Shown piece after piece: positions 20,046 through 30,527 of a stretch of DNA of 64,000 nucleotides (the first letter of the stretch is position 1; every line of letters starts with the position of its first letter). The notes under the pieces are model-generated. The model was not told the origin of the DNA and did not search any database. It saw only the letters and a list, made by a program, of their open reading frames with translations. The translations under genes were made by a program, and so were the position numbers. The DNA is from Trueperaceae bacterium (GTDB taxonomy: Bacteria; Deinococcota; Deinococci; Deinococcales; Trueperaceae): assembly GCA_035703635.1 (NCBI GenBank), contig DASSXV010000052.1:28104-92103 (forward strand), given 5' to 3'.

Positions 20046-21893
20046 CTAACCGCGGCCCCCGGCGCTACCGGTGACCAGGTTGGCGGTGGTATCGCGCTTG
20101 AACTGCAACTCGTAGAGGTCGGCGTAAGCGCCTCTCGCCTCGAGCAACTCGTCGTGAGTGCCGCTCTCGATGATGCGGCCGTCAGCAAGCACCACGATGC
20201 GGTCCGCGCGCCGCACCGTCGCGAGGCGGTGAGCGATGACGAAGGTGGTGCGCCCGCGCATGAGGACCTCGAGTGCGGCCTGCACCAGCGACTCAGATTC
20301 GCTGTCGAGGGAGCTCGTTGCCTCGTCGAGGATGAGGATCTTCGGGTCTTTGAGGAGAGCGCGGGCTATGGCGAGGCGCTGACGTTGCCCGCCGGAGAGC
20401 ATGACGCCGCGCTCCCCGACTTGGGTGGCATAACCCTGCGGCAGTGCGGCGATGAAGCCGTCGGCGTTCGCGGCGACGCTCGCCGCTTTGACGGCGGCGT
20501 CGGTGGCACCCGGCCGCCCATAGCGCACGTTCTCCATGACCGAGCCTGAGAAGAGCTGAGTCTCCTGCGGCACTAACCCGATGAGCCCCCGCAGGTCCGC
20601 CGTTGCGAGGTCACGCACGTCCACGCCGTCGAGGGTGACGCGCCCCGAGGTGACGTCGTAGAAGCGCGAAACCAGGCTCACGAGGGTGCTCTTGCCTGCA
20701 CCGCTGTGACCGACGAGCGCGACGACCTCGCCTGGCCGGGCGGTTAGGCTGACGCCGCGCAGCACGGCGTCGCCTCCGCGGCCGTAGCCGAACGTGACGT
20801 CCTCGAGCCGCACCTCGCCGCGCACGTTAGTGAGGCGCACCGGCTCCTGCGCCTCGGGCAGGTCGCTCGCCTCGTCCAACAGCTCGAAGATGCGCTTCGA
20901 GGCGCCAATCGCCTGTTGCAACTGCGCCCATAAGTCGGTGAACGTCCCGATGCTCCCAGCCACGAACACGGTGATGAGGAGGAAAGCGACGAGGTCGCCA
21001 CTCTGTAACGCCCCAGCCACCGCCAGCCGACCGCCGTACCAGAGTACGAGCGCGAGGCCTAGCGACATGCCGAGGATGACGGCTGGAATGAAGTACGCGC
21101 GCAGCTTGACCCTCACCAGGGCGCTCTGGAACGACCGCTCGATCGCCGCGCCGTAACGCTCCGCCTCCCAGCCCTCTGCCGTGAACGACTTGACGACGCG
21201 GATGGACGTTATGGCCTCGTCCGCCGTGGCGTTGGCGGACGCGAGGTCGTCCTGGAAGGCGGTGCTGGAACGGCGCAACCCGCGGCTGAAGAACGCGGCC
21301 GCCACCACCAACGCGGGAATGACGGCGAGCATGAGCAGCGTAAGCCGCCACTCGAGCACGAGCAGGACCGCCATCCCGCCGAGCAGCGTCACGCCTTGGT
21401 TGACGAACTGCGCGAGCTGCAGCGAGACGGCGCCCTGCAAGGTGGCGATGTCGGCCGTCAAGCGCGACGTGATCTCGCCGGTCTTGCGGTCCTCGAAGAA
21501 GCGCACTGACAAGTTGATGAGGTGGTCGAACACGCGCTTGCGCATGTCGGCGACTACCGCCTCGCCCATGCGGCCGAGGAGGAACATGCGCAGGTAGTTG
21601 AAGAACGCCTGCAGGAGCATGAGCCCGAGCAGTATGAGCGCAACGCGGTTGAGTTGAGCCGCGGCGCTGTTGACCGCTGCGCCGGGCGCGAAGGCCGAGT
21701 TGAGCAGGTCGCGGATGAGGAGCGGGAAGAGGAGCGCTAGCCCGCCGGAGATCGCGACAGCCGCAACGCCGCCGATGAGTGACGCCCGGTGAGGCCTCAA
21801 GAAGGAGAACGCCCGCCGCAACTGCGCCCAGTCACTGCTAGTTATGCGCGAGTCTTGGCGCGTCTCGTGAACGCCGCCGCGCCGAGAGAACAT
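20046..21893 (-). CDS. ABC exporter, fused permease/ATPase (MsbA-like)
   Basis: Six-TM region plus [27 protein letters not shown] and IAHRL. Start reset to ATG 21893, which removes a head-to-head overlap. Confidence 0.92.
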   Translation of the reverse strand: MFSRRGGVHETRQDSRITSSDWAQLRRAFSFLRPHRASLIGGVAAVAISGGLALLFPLLIRDLLNSAFAPGAAVNSAAAQLNRVALILLGLMLLQAFFNYLRMFLLGRMGEAVVADMRKRVFDHLINLSVRFFEDRKTGEITSRLTADIATLQGAVSLQLAQFVNQGVTLLGGMAVLLVLEWRLTLLMLAVIPALVVAAAFFSRGLRRSSTAFQDDLASANATADEAITSIRVVKSFTAEGWEAERYGAAIERSFQSALVRVKLRAYFIPAVILGMSLGLALVLWYGGRLAVAGALQSGDLVAFLLITVFVAGSIGTFTDLWAQLQQAIGASKRIFELLDEASDLPEAQEPVRLTNVRGEVRLEDVTFGYGRGGDAVLRGVSLTARPGEVVALVGHSGAGKSTLVSLVSRFYDVTSGRVTLDGVDVRDLATADLRGLIGLVPQETQLFSGSVMENVRYGRPGATDAAVKAASVAANADGFIAALPQGYATQVGERGVMLSGGQRQRLAIARALLKDPKILILDEATSSLDSESESLVQAALEVLMRGRTTFVIAHRLATVRRADRIVVLADGRIIESGTHDELLEARGAYADLYELQFKRDTTANLVTGSAGGRG

Positions 21894-21961
21894 GCCCAAG
21901 GGTACACTGACGTCAGCATCCCTCAGTAGTACGTGCCGCGGCGCTTGCCTCGCGGGAGGAG

Positions 21962-23935
21962 TTGACACCTATCGAAGCGGACGCGCCACTCTGGACCCCC
22001 TCTGCGAGCAGCGTGCAGGCTAGCGCCATGACCAGCTTCAGGTTGGCGGCCGAACGCGCCAGTGGTGAGCCGCTACCCGACTACTGGGCCCTTCACGCTT
22101 GGAGCGTTGAGCAACCAGAAGCCTTCTGGAACCTGCTCGCCACCGAACTACGACTGCCGTTCAATGTGCGCGGGGTGCGCGCTTTATCTCCCGAGCCGAT
22201 GCCGTACACGCGCTGGTTCGCGGGCAGCACCCTCAATTACGCCCACGCGCTGCTCTACCCGCCCGGCGTTAGCGCGGACGCCACCGCCCTCATCGCAGTC
22301 GTTGAGGACGGTAGCGAGCGGCGGCTGTCGTGGGCGCAACTAAGGGACGAGACGGCGGCCGCGCGGGCAGCGTTGGTGGCCGCTGGAGTAGGGGAGGGCG
22401 ACGCCGTGGCCGCCTTCGCCGCCAACCTGCCTGAGGTGGTCGTTGGGCTGCTAGCCAGCGCCTCGCTTGGGGCCCTGTTCACGTCCTGCTCCCCAGACTT
22501 CGGCGCGGAGGCCGCCAGTGCGCGTTTCGCTCAAGTGCAACCGAAGGTGCTGCTCGCCACTGGCGGCTACCGCTACGCTGGCAAACCGCATGACACCAGC
22601 GCCACCGTCGCTGCCCTGCGCCAGCGCTTGCCTGCCGGTTTACAGGTTGTCGAACTCCCTTACCCAGGTGAGGAGGCCCGCCTGCCCGCTGCACAGACGT
22701 GGGACGAGTGGCTGAGACCGCACGCTGGCGCGCCGCTAACGTTCGCGGAACTGCCGTTCGACCAGCCCCTCTACGCGTTGTATAGCTCAGGCACGACCGG
22801 CGTGCCGAAGGCCATGGTGCATAGGGCAGGCGGTGCGCTCCTCACGCACCGCAAGGAGCACGCGCTTCACTCCGGCATAGTGCCAGGCAACGTCGTTTAC
22901 TACTTCACGACGACGGGCTGGATGATGTGGAACTGGCTCGTCTCCGTGCTGGCGAGCGGCGCAACGGCCGTGCTCTACGACGGCGCGCCGACGTGGCCAG
23001 ACGCCCTGGCAACGTGGCGACTAGCCGAACACCTCGGCGTCACCTTCTACGGCACGAGCGCGCGTTTCCTCCAAGAACTGGAGCAGAGGGGCCTGCGGCC
23101 GGGCGCGACTTGCGACCTGAGCGCGTTACGCACGATCGCCTCGACAGGCTCGCCGCTGTCGCCTCACAGCTTCGAGTACGTCTATCGCGACGTCAAGAGC
23201 GACGTGCATCTGGCGTCGATCTCGGGTGGGACCGACATCGTTAGTTGCTTCATGCTCGGGGTGCCGACCCTCCCCGTGTATGCAGGCGAGATCCAGGCGC
23301 CGGGCCTCGGCGTCGACTTGCGCGTCGTCGACGGCCACGGGTCGGCCGTAACTGGGCAACCGGGAGAGCTAGTGTGCGCTAAGGCGTTGCCTTCCATGCC
23401 ATTACGTTTCCTCGGCGACCCCGACTTCGCGCGCTACGAGGCCGCGTACTTCGGAACCTACCCAGGCTGGTGGCGGCACGGCGACCTCGTCGAGCGCACC
23501 GCGCACGGCGGCATCGTCGTTTACGGGCGCTCGGACGCCACCCTCAACCCGGGCGGCGTGCGGATCGGAACGGCCGAGATCTATCGCCCATTGGAAGAAC
23601 TACCAGAGGTGGTCGAAGCGGTTGCGGTGGCGCGGCGCGCAGCTGACGACCAGGAGGTGTGGCTCCTCGTTACCCTCAGGCCGGGCGCCGTCCTCGACGA
23701 TGCCCTCGTCGACCTCATCAAACGCACCATCCGTGGCGCCACGTCGCCGCGTCACGTGCCGAAGCAAGTCATTTCCGTGCCGCAACTGCCGCGCACGCGG
23801 TCTGGCAAGGCCATGGAGCTGGCCGTCACTCAACTGGTCAACGGCATGCCAGTCCCGAACCGCGAAGTGATAGCCAACCCGGAAGCGCTCGACGCCATCG
23901 CGGCCCGCCTGCGTGAGCTGGGCCTCCTCGACTGA
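21962..23935 (+). CDS. Acetoacetate--CoA ligase
   Basis: SCSPDFG, YSSGTTGVPK, TTTGWMMWNWL, SISGGTDIVSCF, GRSDATLNPGGVRIGTAEIY and PRTRSGK. SD GGGAGG before TTG. Confidence 0.93.
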   Translation: MTPIEADAPLWTPSASSVQASAMTSFRLAAERASGEPLPDYWALHAWSVEQPEAFWNLLATELRLPFNVRGVRALSPEPMPYTRWFAGSTLNYAHALLYPPGVSADATALIAVVEDGSERRLSWAQLRDETAAARAALVAAGVGEGDAVAAFAANLPEVVVGLLASASLGALFTSCSPDFGAEAASARFAQVQPKVLLATGGYRYAGKPHDTSATVAALRQRLPAGLQVVELPYPGEEARLPAAQTWDEWLRPHAGAPLTFAELPFDQPLYALYSSGTTGVPKAMVHRAGGALLTHRKEHALHSGIVPGNVVYYFTTTGWMMWNWLVSVLASGATAVLYDGAPTWPDALATWRLAEHLGVTFYGTSARFLQELEQRGLRPGATCDLSALRTIASTGSPLSPHSFEYVYRDVKSDVHLASISGGTDIVSCFMLGVPTLPVYAGEIQAPGLGVDLRVVDGHGSAVTGQPGELVCAKALPSMPLRFLGDPDFARYEAAYFGTYPGWWRHGDLVERTAHGGIVVYGRSDATLNPGGVRIGTAEIYRPLEELPEVVEAVAVARRAADDQEVWLLVTLRPGAVLDDALVDLIKRTIRGATSPRHVPKQVISVPQLPRTRSGKAMELAVTQLVNGMPVPNREVIANPEALDAIAARLRELGLLD

Positions 23936-23941
23936 CTAGCC

Positions 23942-24811
23942 TCACCCTTTCACCGCGCCGGCCGTTAGGCCAGCCACGATGCGCTGTTGGAAGATGAGCA
24001 CGAGCGCAACGAGGGGGATGGTGACGATGACCGCCGCCGCCATGATCTCACCGAACGGTTCCTGGCGCGCAATCTCCCCCGTGAAGAGCGCGATGGCAAC
24101 CGGTACGGTGCGCGCGGGCGGGTCGATCACGGTGAACGTAAGCGCGAAGAGGTACTCGTTCCACGCCTGGATGAACGCCAGCAAGCCAGTCGTCACTAGC
24201 GCGGGTGCGGTCAAGGGCAGCAGCACGTACCGGAACGCCTGAATGAGGGTGGCCCCGTCGACTTGCGCGGCCTGCAGCAGCGAGTCCGGTAGCCCGCGGA
24301 AGAACGAGGTTAGTACCCACACCGTGAACGGCAACGTGAACAGCATGTAGGAGAGGATCATGCTTGGCACTGCAGGCATCCCGAGGAGCCTGATGACGGC
24401 GTACAGCCCGGCCAGCACGGCGATCTGCGGGAACATGGTCATGGCGAGGATGACGTAGAGCGACGCGCTACGGCCAGCGAAGCGCATCTTGCCGAGCGCG
24501 TAACCGGCGAACGACCCGACGATGAGGGAGAGCAGCGTCACGCTAGACGCGACCAAGGTGGAGACGCCGAGCGCCCGCACGAAGCGGTCGTTGCCAAGCA
24601 CGGCCTTGAAGTTAGTCAGCACGGGGTTGTCTGGCCACAGCGTGGCGGGCGTCTTGATGAGCTCGGCTTGCGTCTTCAGCGCCGAGATGAACGCCCAGTA
24701 GAACGGGAACAGGAGATAGACGAGCAGCACCAAGATGAGGAGCCAGAAGAACACGCGTCCAGTGGCGTGCCGTAACGCTCGGCGGCGCTTGTACCTAGCG
24801 GCAGGCGTCAT
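23942..24811 (-). CDS. Sugar ABC transporter permease (MalG/ThuG-like)
   Basis: LFPFYWA, EAA-like loop LQAAQVDGA, and AWNEYLFA. ATG 24811 overlaps the upstream permease stop (ATGA). Confidence 0.92.
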   Translation of the reverse strand: MTPAARYKRRRALRHATGRVFFWLLILVLLVYLLFPFYWAFISALKTQAELIKTPATLWPDNPVLTNFKAVLGNDRFVRALGVSTLVASSVTLLSLIVGSFAGYALGKMRFAGRSASLYVILAMTMFPQIAVLAGLYAVIRLLGMPAVPSMILSYMLFTLPFTVWVLTSFFRGLPDSLLQAAQVDGATLIQAFRYVLLPLTAPALVTTGLLAFIQAWNEYLFALTFTVIDPPARTVPVAIALFTGEIARQEPFGEIMAAAVIVTIPLVALVLIFQQRIVAGLTAGAVKG

Positions 24812-25953
24812 TGGGTGTCGACTTTCATGGAGCGAACGTAGAGGAGCGCGAAGACGAAGATGATCACGAAGATGGTCACGGAAGCTGCGGAGGATAACCC
24901 CATGTCGCGCCGGCTGATGAGCATGTCTTGCGCGAAGCTCGCCATCGAGTAGCGCTGGTTGCCGAGCACGACCTGGAAGATGTCGAACACGCGCAGGGAG
25001 TCGAGAGTGCGGAAGATCAGCGCCACTGCGAGCGTCGGCGTCAGTAGCGGCAACGTGATGCGGAAGAAGCGCTTGAGCGGACCGGCGCCGTCCACCTTGG
25101 CGGCCTCCGTGAACTCTGCCGGGATGGTGGCGAGCCCGGCGAGGAGGAGCAGCGCCATGAAGGGCGTGGTCTTCCACACGTCCATCATGATCATGCTCGG
25201 CAACTGCAGCGCTGGGTTGCCGAAGAAGTCGGTGCGACCGTCACTAAGTCCGAGGTAGGAGCCGACGGTGTTGAACAGCCCGGCGCGCGTTGGCTGCAGC
25301 ATCCACTCCCAGATGCGCGCTGACACCACGGTGATGACAGCCCACGGCACGAGCATCGCCGCGCGCATGGCGCCGCGGCCACGGAACCGACTAGCGAGCG
25401 TCAGGGCGATGATCATGCCGAGAACGGTTTCGAAGGCGACGGCGACTACGGTGAACACCACGGTGTCCCACACGGACCTTACGAAGTCGGCCGAGATGGC
25501 GCCCAGCACGTAGCGCTTGCCGAACAGCGAGAACTGGAACACCTGACGGTAACGAGTCGGTGAGCGCGGCAAGATGCTTACGGCGGACACGTACTGCACC
25601 TTGCCGCTCAGCACTACGGGCTGGCCCGCTTCGTCTAGCTGAGCTGGCAACTCGCGGATCGTGAAGGCCAGCAGGGTGCGGTAGTTCTCTAGTCCGATGA
25701 AGCTCGTCGGCTGCGAGCTGGCGAACTTGGCGTTCGTGAGGCTCGAGTAGACGACCTGCGCGAACGGGTACGCCGCGATGACCGCCAGGACTATGAACGT
25801 CGGTAACAGCAGGAAGTAGGCCGTGCGCCTTTCCTGGCGCAACAACTGCGAGATGCGGCGCTTAGCCGGGCGCTCACGTGCGTCGTCATCGCCCCCCGTG
25901 GCATGGGGCCCGCTGGCGGGCCGCCTTGCCGACGCCTCGTTGGCGTCGCTCAT
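24808..25953 (-). CDS. Sugar ABC transporter permease (MalF/ThuF-like)
   Basis: Motifs FIGLENY, DVWKTTPFMALLLLAGL, EAAKVDGA and RTLDSLRVFD. Confidence 0.92.
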   Translation of the reverse strand: MSDANEASARRPASGPHATGGDDDARERPAKRRISQLLRQERRTAYFLLLPTFIVLAVIAAYPFAQVVYSSLTNAKFASSQPTSFIGLENYRTLLAFTIRELPAQLDEAGQPVVLSGKVQYVSAVSILPRSPTRYRQVFQFSLFGKRYVLGAISADFVRSVWDTVVFTVVAVAFETVLGMIIALTLASRFRGRGAMRAAMLVPWAVITVVSARIWEWMLQPTRAGLFNTVGSYLGLSDGRTDFFGNPALQLPSMIMMDVWKTTPFMALLLLAGLATIPAEFTEAAKVDGAGPLKRFFRITLPLLTPTLAVALIFRTLDSLRVFDIFQVVLGNQRYSMASFAQDMLISRRDMGLSSAASVTIFVIIFVFALLYVRSMKVDTQ

Positions 25954-26040
25954 CTGTCCTCCGTTCCGTCAGCGCTTGGCGCTGCCGTGCCCCCATGCGC
26001 AAGTGCTGGCTGCGGTTGCGCATGGTTGACGCTCAAGGGC

Positions 26041-26074
26041 GGGGCCAGCACGGGAGGTAGCCCGCGCCGGCCCC
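26041..26074 (-). terminator. Intergenic stem-loop after the sugar-binding-protein gene (mRNA-stabilising or partial terminator)
   Basis: Minus strand GGGGCCGGCGCGGG-ctacct-CCCGTGCTGGCCCC forms a 14-bp stem with two G-U pairs that work only on the coding strand. A second inverted repeat, CCATGCGCAA/TTGCGCATGG, lies at 25993-26025. Confidence 0.55.
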
Positions 26075-26101
26075 ACTGGTTAGGCCAGGTGACCAGGTTG
26101 C

Positions 26102-27376
26102 TTACGGTTGACCGGAAGGGAAGCCGGTGACGTCTTCGATGTCGGCTTCGGCCTCGGCTACGGCGTCAGCCGCGGTCGCTTGCCCCGTGAGGACACTGTG
26201 CACGGCCGTGTAGAACGCGCGTGAGACGGCGGCGTAGTTAGGCGCGGTAGCGGTCGACGGCCGCGCCACGGCGTTCGTGAACACGTCGTACAACGAACCG
26301 AAGAACGGCACGGCCGCGAGGACGTCTGGGTCCTGGTAGAGCGCCATGATGGTCGGGTTGAGTGAGCCGTCGATGGCCCTGATCTTCTGCTCGTCGTACG
26401 AGGCGAGGTAGAGGGCGACGTCCGCCGCCGCAGCCGGGTCCTTGCTGTACTTGGATACCGCGAGTTGCCAACCGCCGAGCGTGGCCGCTGGCTTGCCGTC
26501 CGGGCCAGCCGGCAGTGGGCTGACGTCGAAGTTGCCCGCGATCACGCTGTCTTTAGCGTTGCCGAGGCTGTAGGCGTACGGCCAGTTGCGCATGAAGGCG
26601 GCGTTACCTGCCTGCCACATGTTGCGCGCTTCTTCCTCACCGAAGCTGGTTACGCCGTTCGGAGAGATGGTGCCAACCCAGCCGGCCGCCGTGCTGATCG
26701 CGGCGATGGCGTTGGGGTTGTTGATGGTGACGACGCCTTCTGGACTGACGATGGTGCCGCCATTGAACGAGGCGACCCACTCGAGTGCGTCACAGGTGAG
26801 GCCTTCGTAGCTGTTGCCTTGCCAGACGAACCCCCAGAAGTCCGGATTGCCGCCACTGCGCTCGCCGTCCTGGATGGTCTGCGCCATGCTCGTCAGCTCC
26901 GCCCAAGTAGTTGGCGGTCCGGAGAAGCCGTACTTGGTGAGCAGGTCGGTGCGGTAGTAGAGGAGTCCGGCGTCCGTGAACCACGGAATGCCGATGAGGT
27001 GCCCGTCGACGGTGTTGTTCTGGATGATCGCGGGGAAGTGCTGGTCAGCTACCTCCCGAGCGCCGTAGTCGTAGAGGTCGACGAAGTGCTCAGCCAAGTC
27101 GCCTGGCCAGATCACGTCGATCTGGAAGACGTCGACGTCCGATGACTTCGCCTCGAACATCTGCAGGTAGAGCGCTAGCCGGTTGTCCGTCAGGTCCGGC
27201 GTCTCGAGGACGTTCACCGTGACGTCGGGGTGCAGCGCCATGTAGCGGGCGGCGGCTGCGCGAGTCAGTTCAAGCTCCTGGCCAACTGCGCCAGCAGCGA
27301 CGGTGACTATGGTCTGGGCGAGTGCTACTCCCCCAGCCACGAGCAGTGCTATCAGCAGGATGAAGATCTTCCTCAC
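26102..27376 (-). CDS. Trehalose/maltose-type sugar ABC substrate-binding protein (ThuE/MalE-like)
   Basis: Signal peptide, [38 protein letters not shown] and TLGGWQL. Start reset to GTG 27376 behind GGAGAGG. Confidence 0.9.
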   Translation of the reverse strand: MRKIFILLIALLVAGGVALAQTIVTVAAGAVGQELELTRAAAARYMALHPDVTVNVLETPDLTDNRLALYLQMFEAKSSDVDVFQIDVIWPGDLAEHFVDLYDYGAREVADQHFPAIIQNNTVDGHLIGIPWFTDAGLLYYRTDLLTKYGFSGPPTTWAELTSMAQTIQDGERSGGNPDFWGFVWQGNSYEGLTCDALEWVASFNGGTIVSPEGVVTINNPNAIAAISTAAGWVGTISPNGVTSFGEEEARNMWQAGNAAFMRNWPYAYSLGNAKDSVIAGNFDVSPLPAGPDGKPAATLGGWQLAVSKYSKDPAAAADVALYLASYDEQKIRAIDGSLNPTIMALYQDPDVLAAVPFFGSLYDVFTNAVARPSTATAPNYAAVSRAFYTAVHSVLTGQATAADAVAEAEADIEDVTGFPSGQP

Positions 27377-27615
27377 GACTGTCACCTCTCCGATCTCTGC
27401 GGCGAACCTGTCGTCAGGGGACGGGTTCGCGCGCATGGACGCGACGATCCCGGCACGGGTTCCGGGCCGTTGGCTCCGCGGATGACCGGAGCCAACCGGA
27501 CACGCCAGCGCGGCGCGCCACTCGAACTAACGTCGCGTTTACGCCCGGAGTGTATCGACAGGCGAGAGGGTGGGGCGCGCGTTCGTCACAGTCAAGTAGC
27601 AGGTTGGGGGTTATC

Positions 27616-28680
27616 TCAGGCGATCTTGCTCTTGCCAACGAGGCTGGTGACTTGTTGCTGCAACTCGAGTTCGTGGAACGGCTTGATGAGCCACTCCGCG
27701 CGTGGGAGCGGCCTGAAGAGCGTTCCGCGTGGTGCCTTGTCGACGAGGACGAGCACGGGAAGGTGGCCCTGCGCTGCGCTCTTGCGCAACTCGCGGACGA
27801 ACTCCCACGCCTCGTTGGTGACGTCGTCAACGACGAGGGCTCTGGGGTGGTGCTCGTTGATGCCGCTGAACACGTCGGCGATGGACTCGACGTGCGCGGA
27901 GCGCAAGCCGCTGCGCTGCAGCGCGAGTTTGATGAGGCGGTTGAGGGCCGCGCTGCTCGAGACGACGAGCACGATCGGTTCGTCCGCCTGGTAAGGCGAG
28001 CGCTCAACCACTCCTAGCTTCTCCAACTCGCCGAGGATGGCTAGGACGCGGCTTTCCGGTAAGTCAAGCTCGGCGGTGATGGTCCGCGCTGAACGCCTGC
28101 CGTCGACTTGGCCGAGGACCTCCCAGCCGCCGGTCGGCAACTCTACGTGAGTCGGGTCGCCAGCGCGCTTGAAGATCGCAGCGGGAGGCGCAGCGTGCTG
28201 CTTGAACTCCTCAAGGCCATGCACGACCCGCATGAGTAGCATGGCGGCGTCGATGCCGTTGCTGACTGGCGCCTGCGAGGCGTTAGCTTCCGCTTCGCCG
28301 AACTCGAAGGCGCCGTCCGACCAACTGAGCAACTCCGCGATGACGTCGTAGGCCTGCGCTTCGATGGCGATGGCGAGGTCCTCGTCGGTGAGGATGCCGC
28401 GGTCGACGGCGATGCGGCCGAGGAGCGTGCCTGGGCTCTCTTGCCGCTGGGTCATGAGGATCTCTTGCACCTCGAGGGCGCTAAGCAGGTCGAGGCGGAC
28501 TAGCATCTCTCCCAAGTGAGCGCCGGTGTTGAGGTGGGCGTACGCCACGCGCCCGACGCTGAAGTACACGCGCGCCCGCGCGCCTCCACGTTCAACGGTG
28601 AGGATCCCGGACTTCTGGCTCATCGCCACGAGTTGGAACACGTCACCGAGGGGGAAAGTCTTGAGGCTCCCCGAGATCAC
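27616..28680 (-). CDS. DUF4388 (PATAN-like) protein with MshEN-like repeats and a C-terminal receiver-like domain
   Basis: SGSLKTFPLGDVFQLV..QKSGIL...W.DGAFEF; tandem LG..L...L repeats; VDGRRS winged helix; receiver-like tail ending LIKPF. GTG start 7 nt after the ruvB stop. Confidence 0.82.
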   Translation of the reverse strand: MISGSLKTFPLGDVFQLVAMSQKSGILTVERGGARARVYFSVGRVAYAHLNTGAHLGEMLVRLDLLSALEVQEILMTQRQESPGTLLGRIAVDRGILTDEDLAIAIEAQAYDVIAELLSWSDGAFEFGEAEANASQAPVSNGIDAAMLLMRVVHGLEEFKQHAAPPAAIFKRAGDPTHVELPTGGWEVLGQVDGRRSARTITAELDLPESRVLAILGELEKLGVVERSPYQADEPIVLVVSSSAALNRLIKLALQRSGLRSAHVESIADVFSGINEHHPRALVVDDVTNEAWEFVRELRKSAAQGHLPVLVLVDKAPRGTLFRPLPRAEWLIKPFHELELQQQVTSLVGKSKIA

Positions 28681-28687
28681 GCGGCGC

Positions 28688-29695
28688 TCACCGTTGGCCC
28701 TCGGGTTCCTGCACGAAGAGTGGCGCCTCGCTCGCGGCCGCCTGCGGCACGGGGAGTCCGAGGTGCTGATAGGTGGCCGGGGTCGCCATGCGGCCGCGTT
28801 GCGTGCGCATGAGCAGGCCACGCTGGATGAGGAACGGCTCGTACACTTCTTCCAAGGTGGCGCGGTCCTCAGAGACGGCGGTCGCCAACGTGTCGAGGCC
28901 GACAGGGCCGCCCGCGAAGCGCTCGACTAGCGCGCTGAGAATGGCGCGGTCGCGCCTATCGAGCCCGGCGTCGTCTATGTCGAGAGCCGCTAGTGCATGC
29001 CTCGCGCGGGCGATGTCGATGGTCTCGTCGCCAGCCACCTGAGCGTAATCGCGCACGCGCCGCAGGAGGCGCTTGGCGATGCGCATGGTGCCGCGCGAGC
29101 GCCGCCCGATCTCGAGCGCCGCCTCGTCGCTAAGGTGATAACCGAGTTCGTTGGCGTCACGTCTTACCGAAGTCGCGAGGTCGTCGTCCGAGTAGAAATC
29201 GAGGTGCTCGATGATGCCGAAACGGCTCCTGAGCGGACCGGTGATCAGCCCTGGCCGAGTGGTCGCGCCGATGAGGGTGAAGTGCGGCAGTTCGAGCCGC
29301 AGCGAGCGCGCGGCGGGACCCTGGCCCAAGATGATGTCGATCTTGAACTCTTCCATGGCGGGGTAGAGGTGCTCTTCCGCCACGCGTCCTAGGCGGTGGA
29401 TCTCGTCGATGAAGAGCACGTCGCCTGGTTCGAGGGAGTTCGTGAGGATGGCGGCGAGGTCGCCCGGCTTCTCGATGGCTGGTCCGGAGGTCACGCGGAT
29501 GCCGACGCCTAGCTCCGCCGCGATGATGTGAGCCAAGGTCGTCTTGCCAAGGCCAGGTGGGCCGTAGAGCAGCACGTGATCTAGGGCCTCACGCCTGTCG
29601 CGGGCGGCCTCGAGATAGACCTCGAGCTTGCGCTTCAGGCGCGCCTGGCCGACGTAGGCGGCCAATGACGCCGGCCTGAGACGTACTTCGTCCAC
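28688..29695 (-). CDS. ruvB: Holliday junction helicase RuvB
   Basis: [37 protein letters not shown] and EPFLIQ.G...RTQRGR. Start reset to GTG 29695. Confidence 0.97.
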   Translation of the reverse strand: MDEVRLRPASLAAYVGQARLKRKLEVYLEAARDRREALDHVLLYGPPGLGKTTLAHIIAAELGVGIRVTSGPAIEKPGDLAAILTNSLEPGDVLFIDEIHRLGRVAEEHLYPAMEEFKIDIILGQGPAARSLRLELPHFTLIGATTRPGLITGPLRSRFGIIEHLDFYSDDDLATSVRRDANELGYHLSDEAALEIGRRSRGTMRIAKRLLRRVRDYAQVAGDETIDIARARHALAALDIDDAGLDRRDRAILSALVERFAGGPVGLDTLATAVSEDRATLEEVYEPFLIQRGLLMRTQRGRMATPATYQHLGLPVPQAAASEAPLFVQEPEGQR

Positions 29696-29923
29696 GTCCC
29701 GTACCGTACCACGTGGCCCGCTTCGGCCCTGAAGCCCACGGAGTACTGTGTTCGCGTCGTGCGCGGGCCAGGCGAGGCAGCTGCGCAGCTCGCACACTGC
29801 AGCAGGTACACCGACCGTTGGTGACTAGGCGGTAGGCGGCGGCGCACTGCGGTAAGGTGTTCCGGCCACGAAGCGGGTGCTTGGTTGCGGCGCCCATACG
29901 GCGCGCTAGCGGGAGGCTAGAAG

Positions 29924-30472
29924 ATGCAGACTCACCGAGTTCGCGTAGGAGACCAGGAGCGCGAGCTGCAGGTCGTGAACATCGGGGCGGTTTCGGTTGC
30001 GCTCCTCAACTTGCTTGGCGACACGAGCCTGACGGAGGCCGCGGCGGAGGAGTTGGTCAAGCGCCTCCCTCACGGTGTTCAGACCCTCGTCACGCCCGAA
30101 GTCAAGGCGGTGCCGCTCGCGCACGCCATGAGCGTAAGGAGCGGGCTGCCTTACGTGGTGGCGCGCAAGACAGAGAAGCCATACATGGTCGGCGCCATCA
30201 CGAAGACCGTGGTCTCGATCACGACAGGCAAGCCGCAACTCCTGGTGATCGACGGCGCCGACGTCGCTAAGTTGCGCGGCAAGAGCGTCGCCATCGTCGA
30301 TGACGTGGTCTCGACGGGAGGCACCCTCACGAGCCTCATCGACATCCTCACAGAGGTCGGCGCGACCGTCGTGGCCACCATGGTGGTGTTCACGGAGGGC
30401 GACGAGCGTGACGACGTCATCGCGCTCGGCCACCTGCCGCTTTACCCGTCTGAGATAGGCGCGCACGACTGA
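29924..30472 (+). CDS. Phosphoribosyltransferase (adenine PRTase-like)
   Basis: PRPP-binding motif [13 protein letters not shown] and VVARK. SD GGGAGG. Confidence 0.85.
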   Translation: MQTHRVRVGDQERELQVVNIGAVSVALLNLLGDTSLTEAAAEELVKRLPHGVQTLVTPEVKAVPLAHAMSVRSGLPYVVARKTEKPYMVGAITKTVVSITTGKPQLLVIDGADVAKLRGKSVAIVDDVVSTGGTLTSLIDILTEVGATVVATMVVFTEGDERDDVIALGHLPLYPSEIGAHD

Positions 30473-30527
30473 CGCAGGTGTCGCCGCGGCGTAACGTTCG
30501 GCTAGGCGAGTAGTGGAGTGAGGGGAG

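Noticed and set aside
21894-21968. Apparent head-to-head overlap of the ABC exporter and the acetoacetate-CoA ligase
   Set aside because: It disappears when the exporter starts at ATG 21893.
23942-27376. Sugar ABC cluster lacking an ATPase, read as a defective system
   Set aside because: Shared MalK/MsmX-type ATPases encoded elsewhere are common, and all three genes are intact.
29696-29923. Possible purine/PRPP/ZTP riboswitch or RDRM/LexA box between ruvB and the PRTase gene
   Set aside because: Only fragmentary likeness (GTGACTAGGCG, TAAGGTGTTCCG) and no full consensus. TAAGGT is more simply a -10 box. An Rfam scan would settle it.
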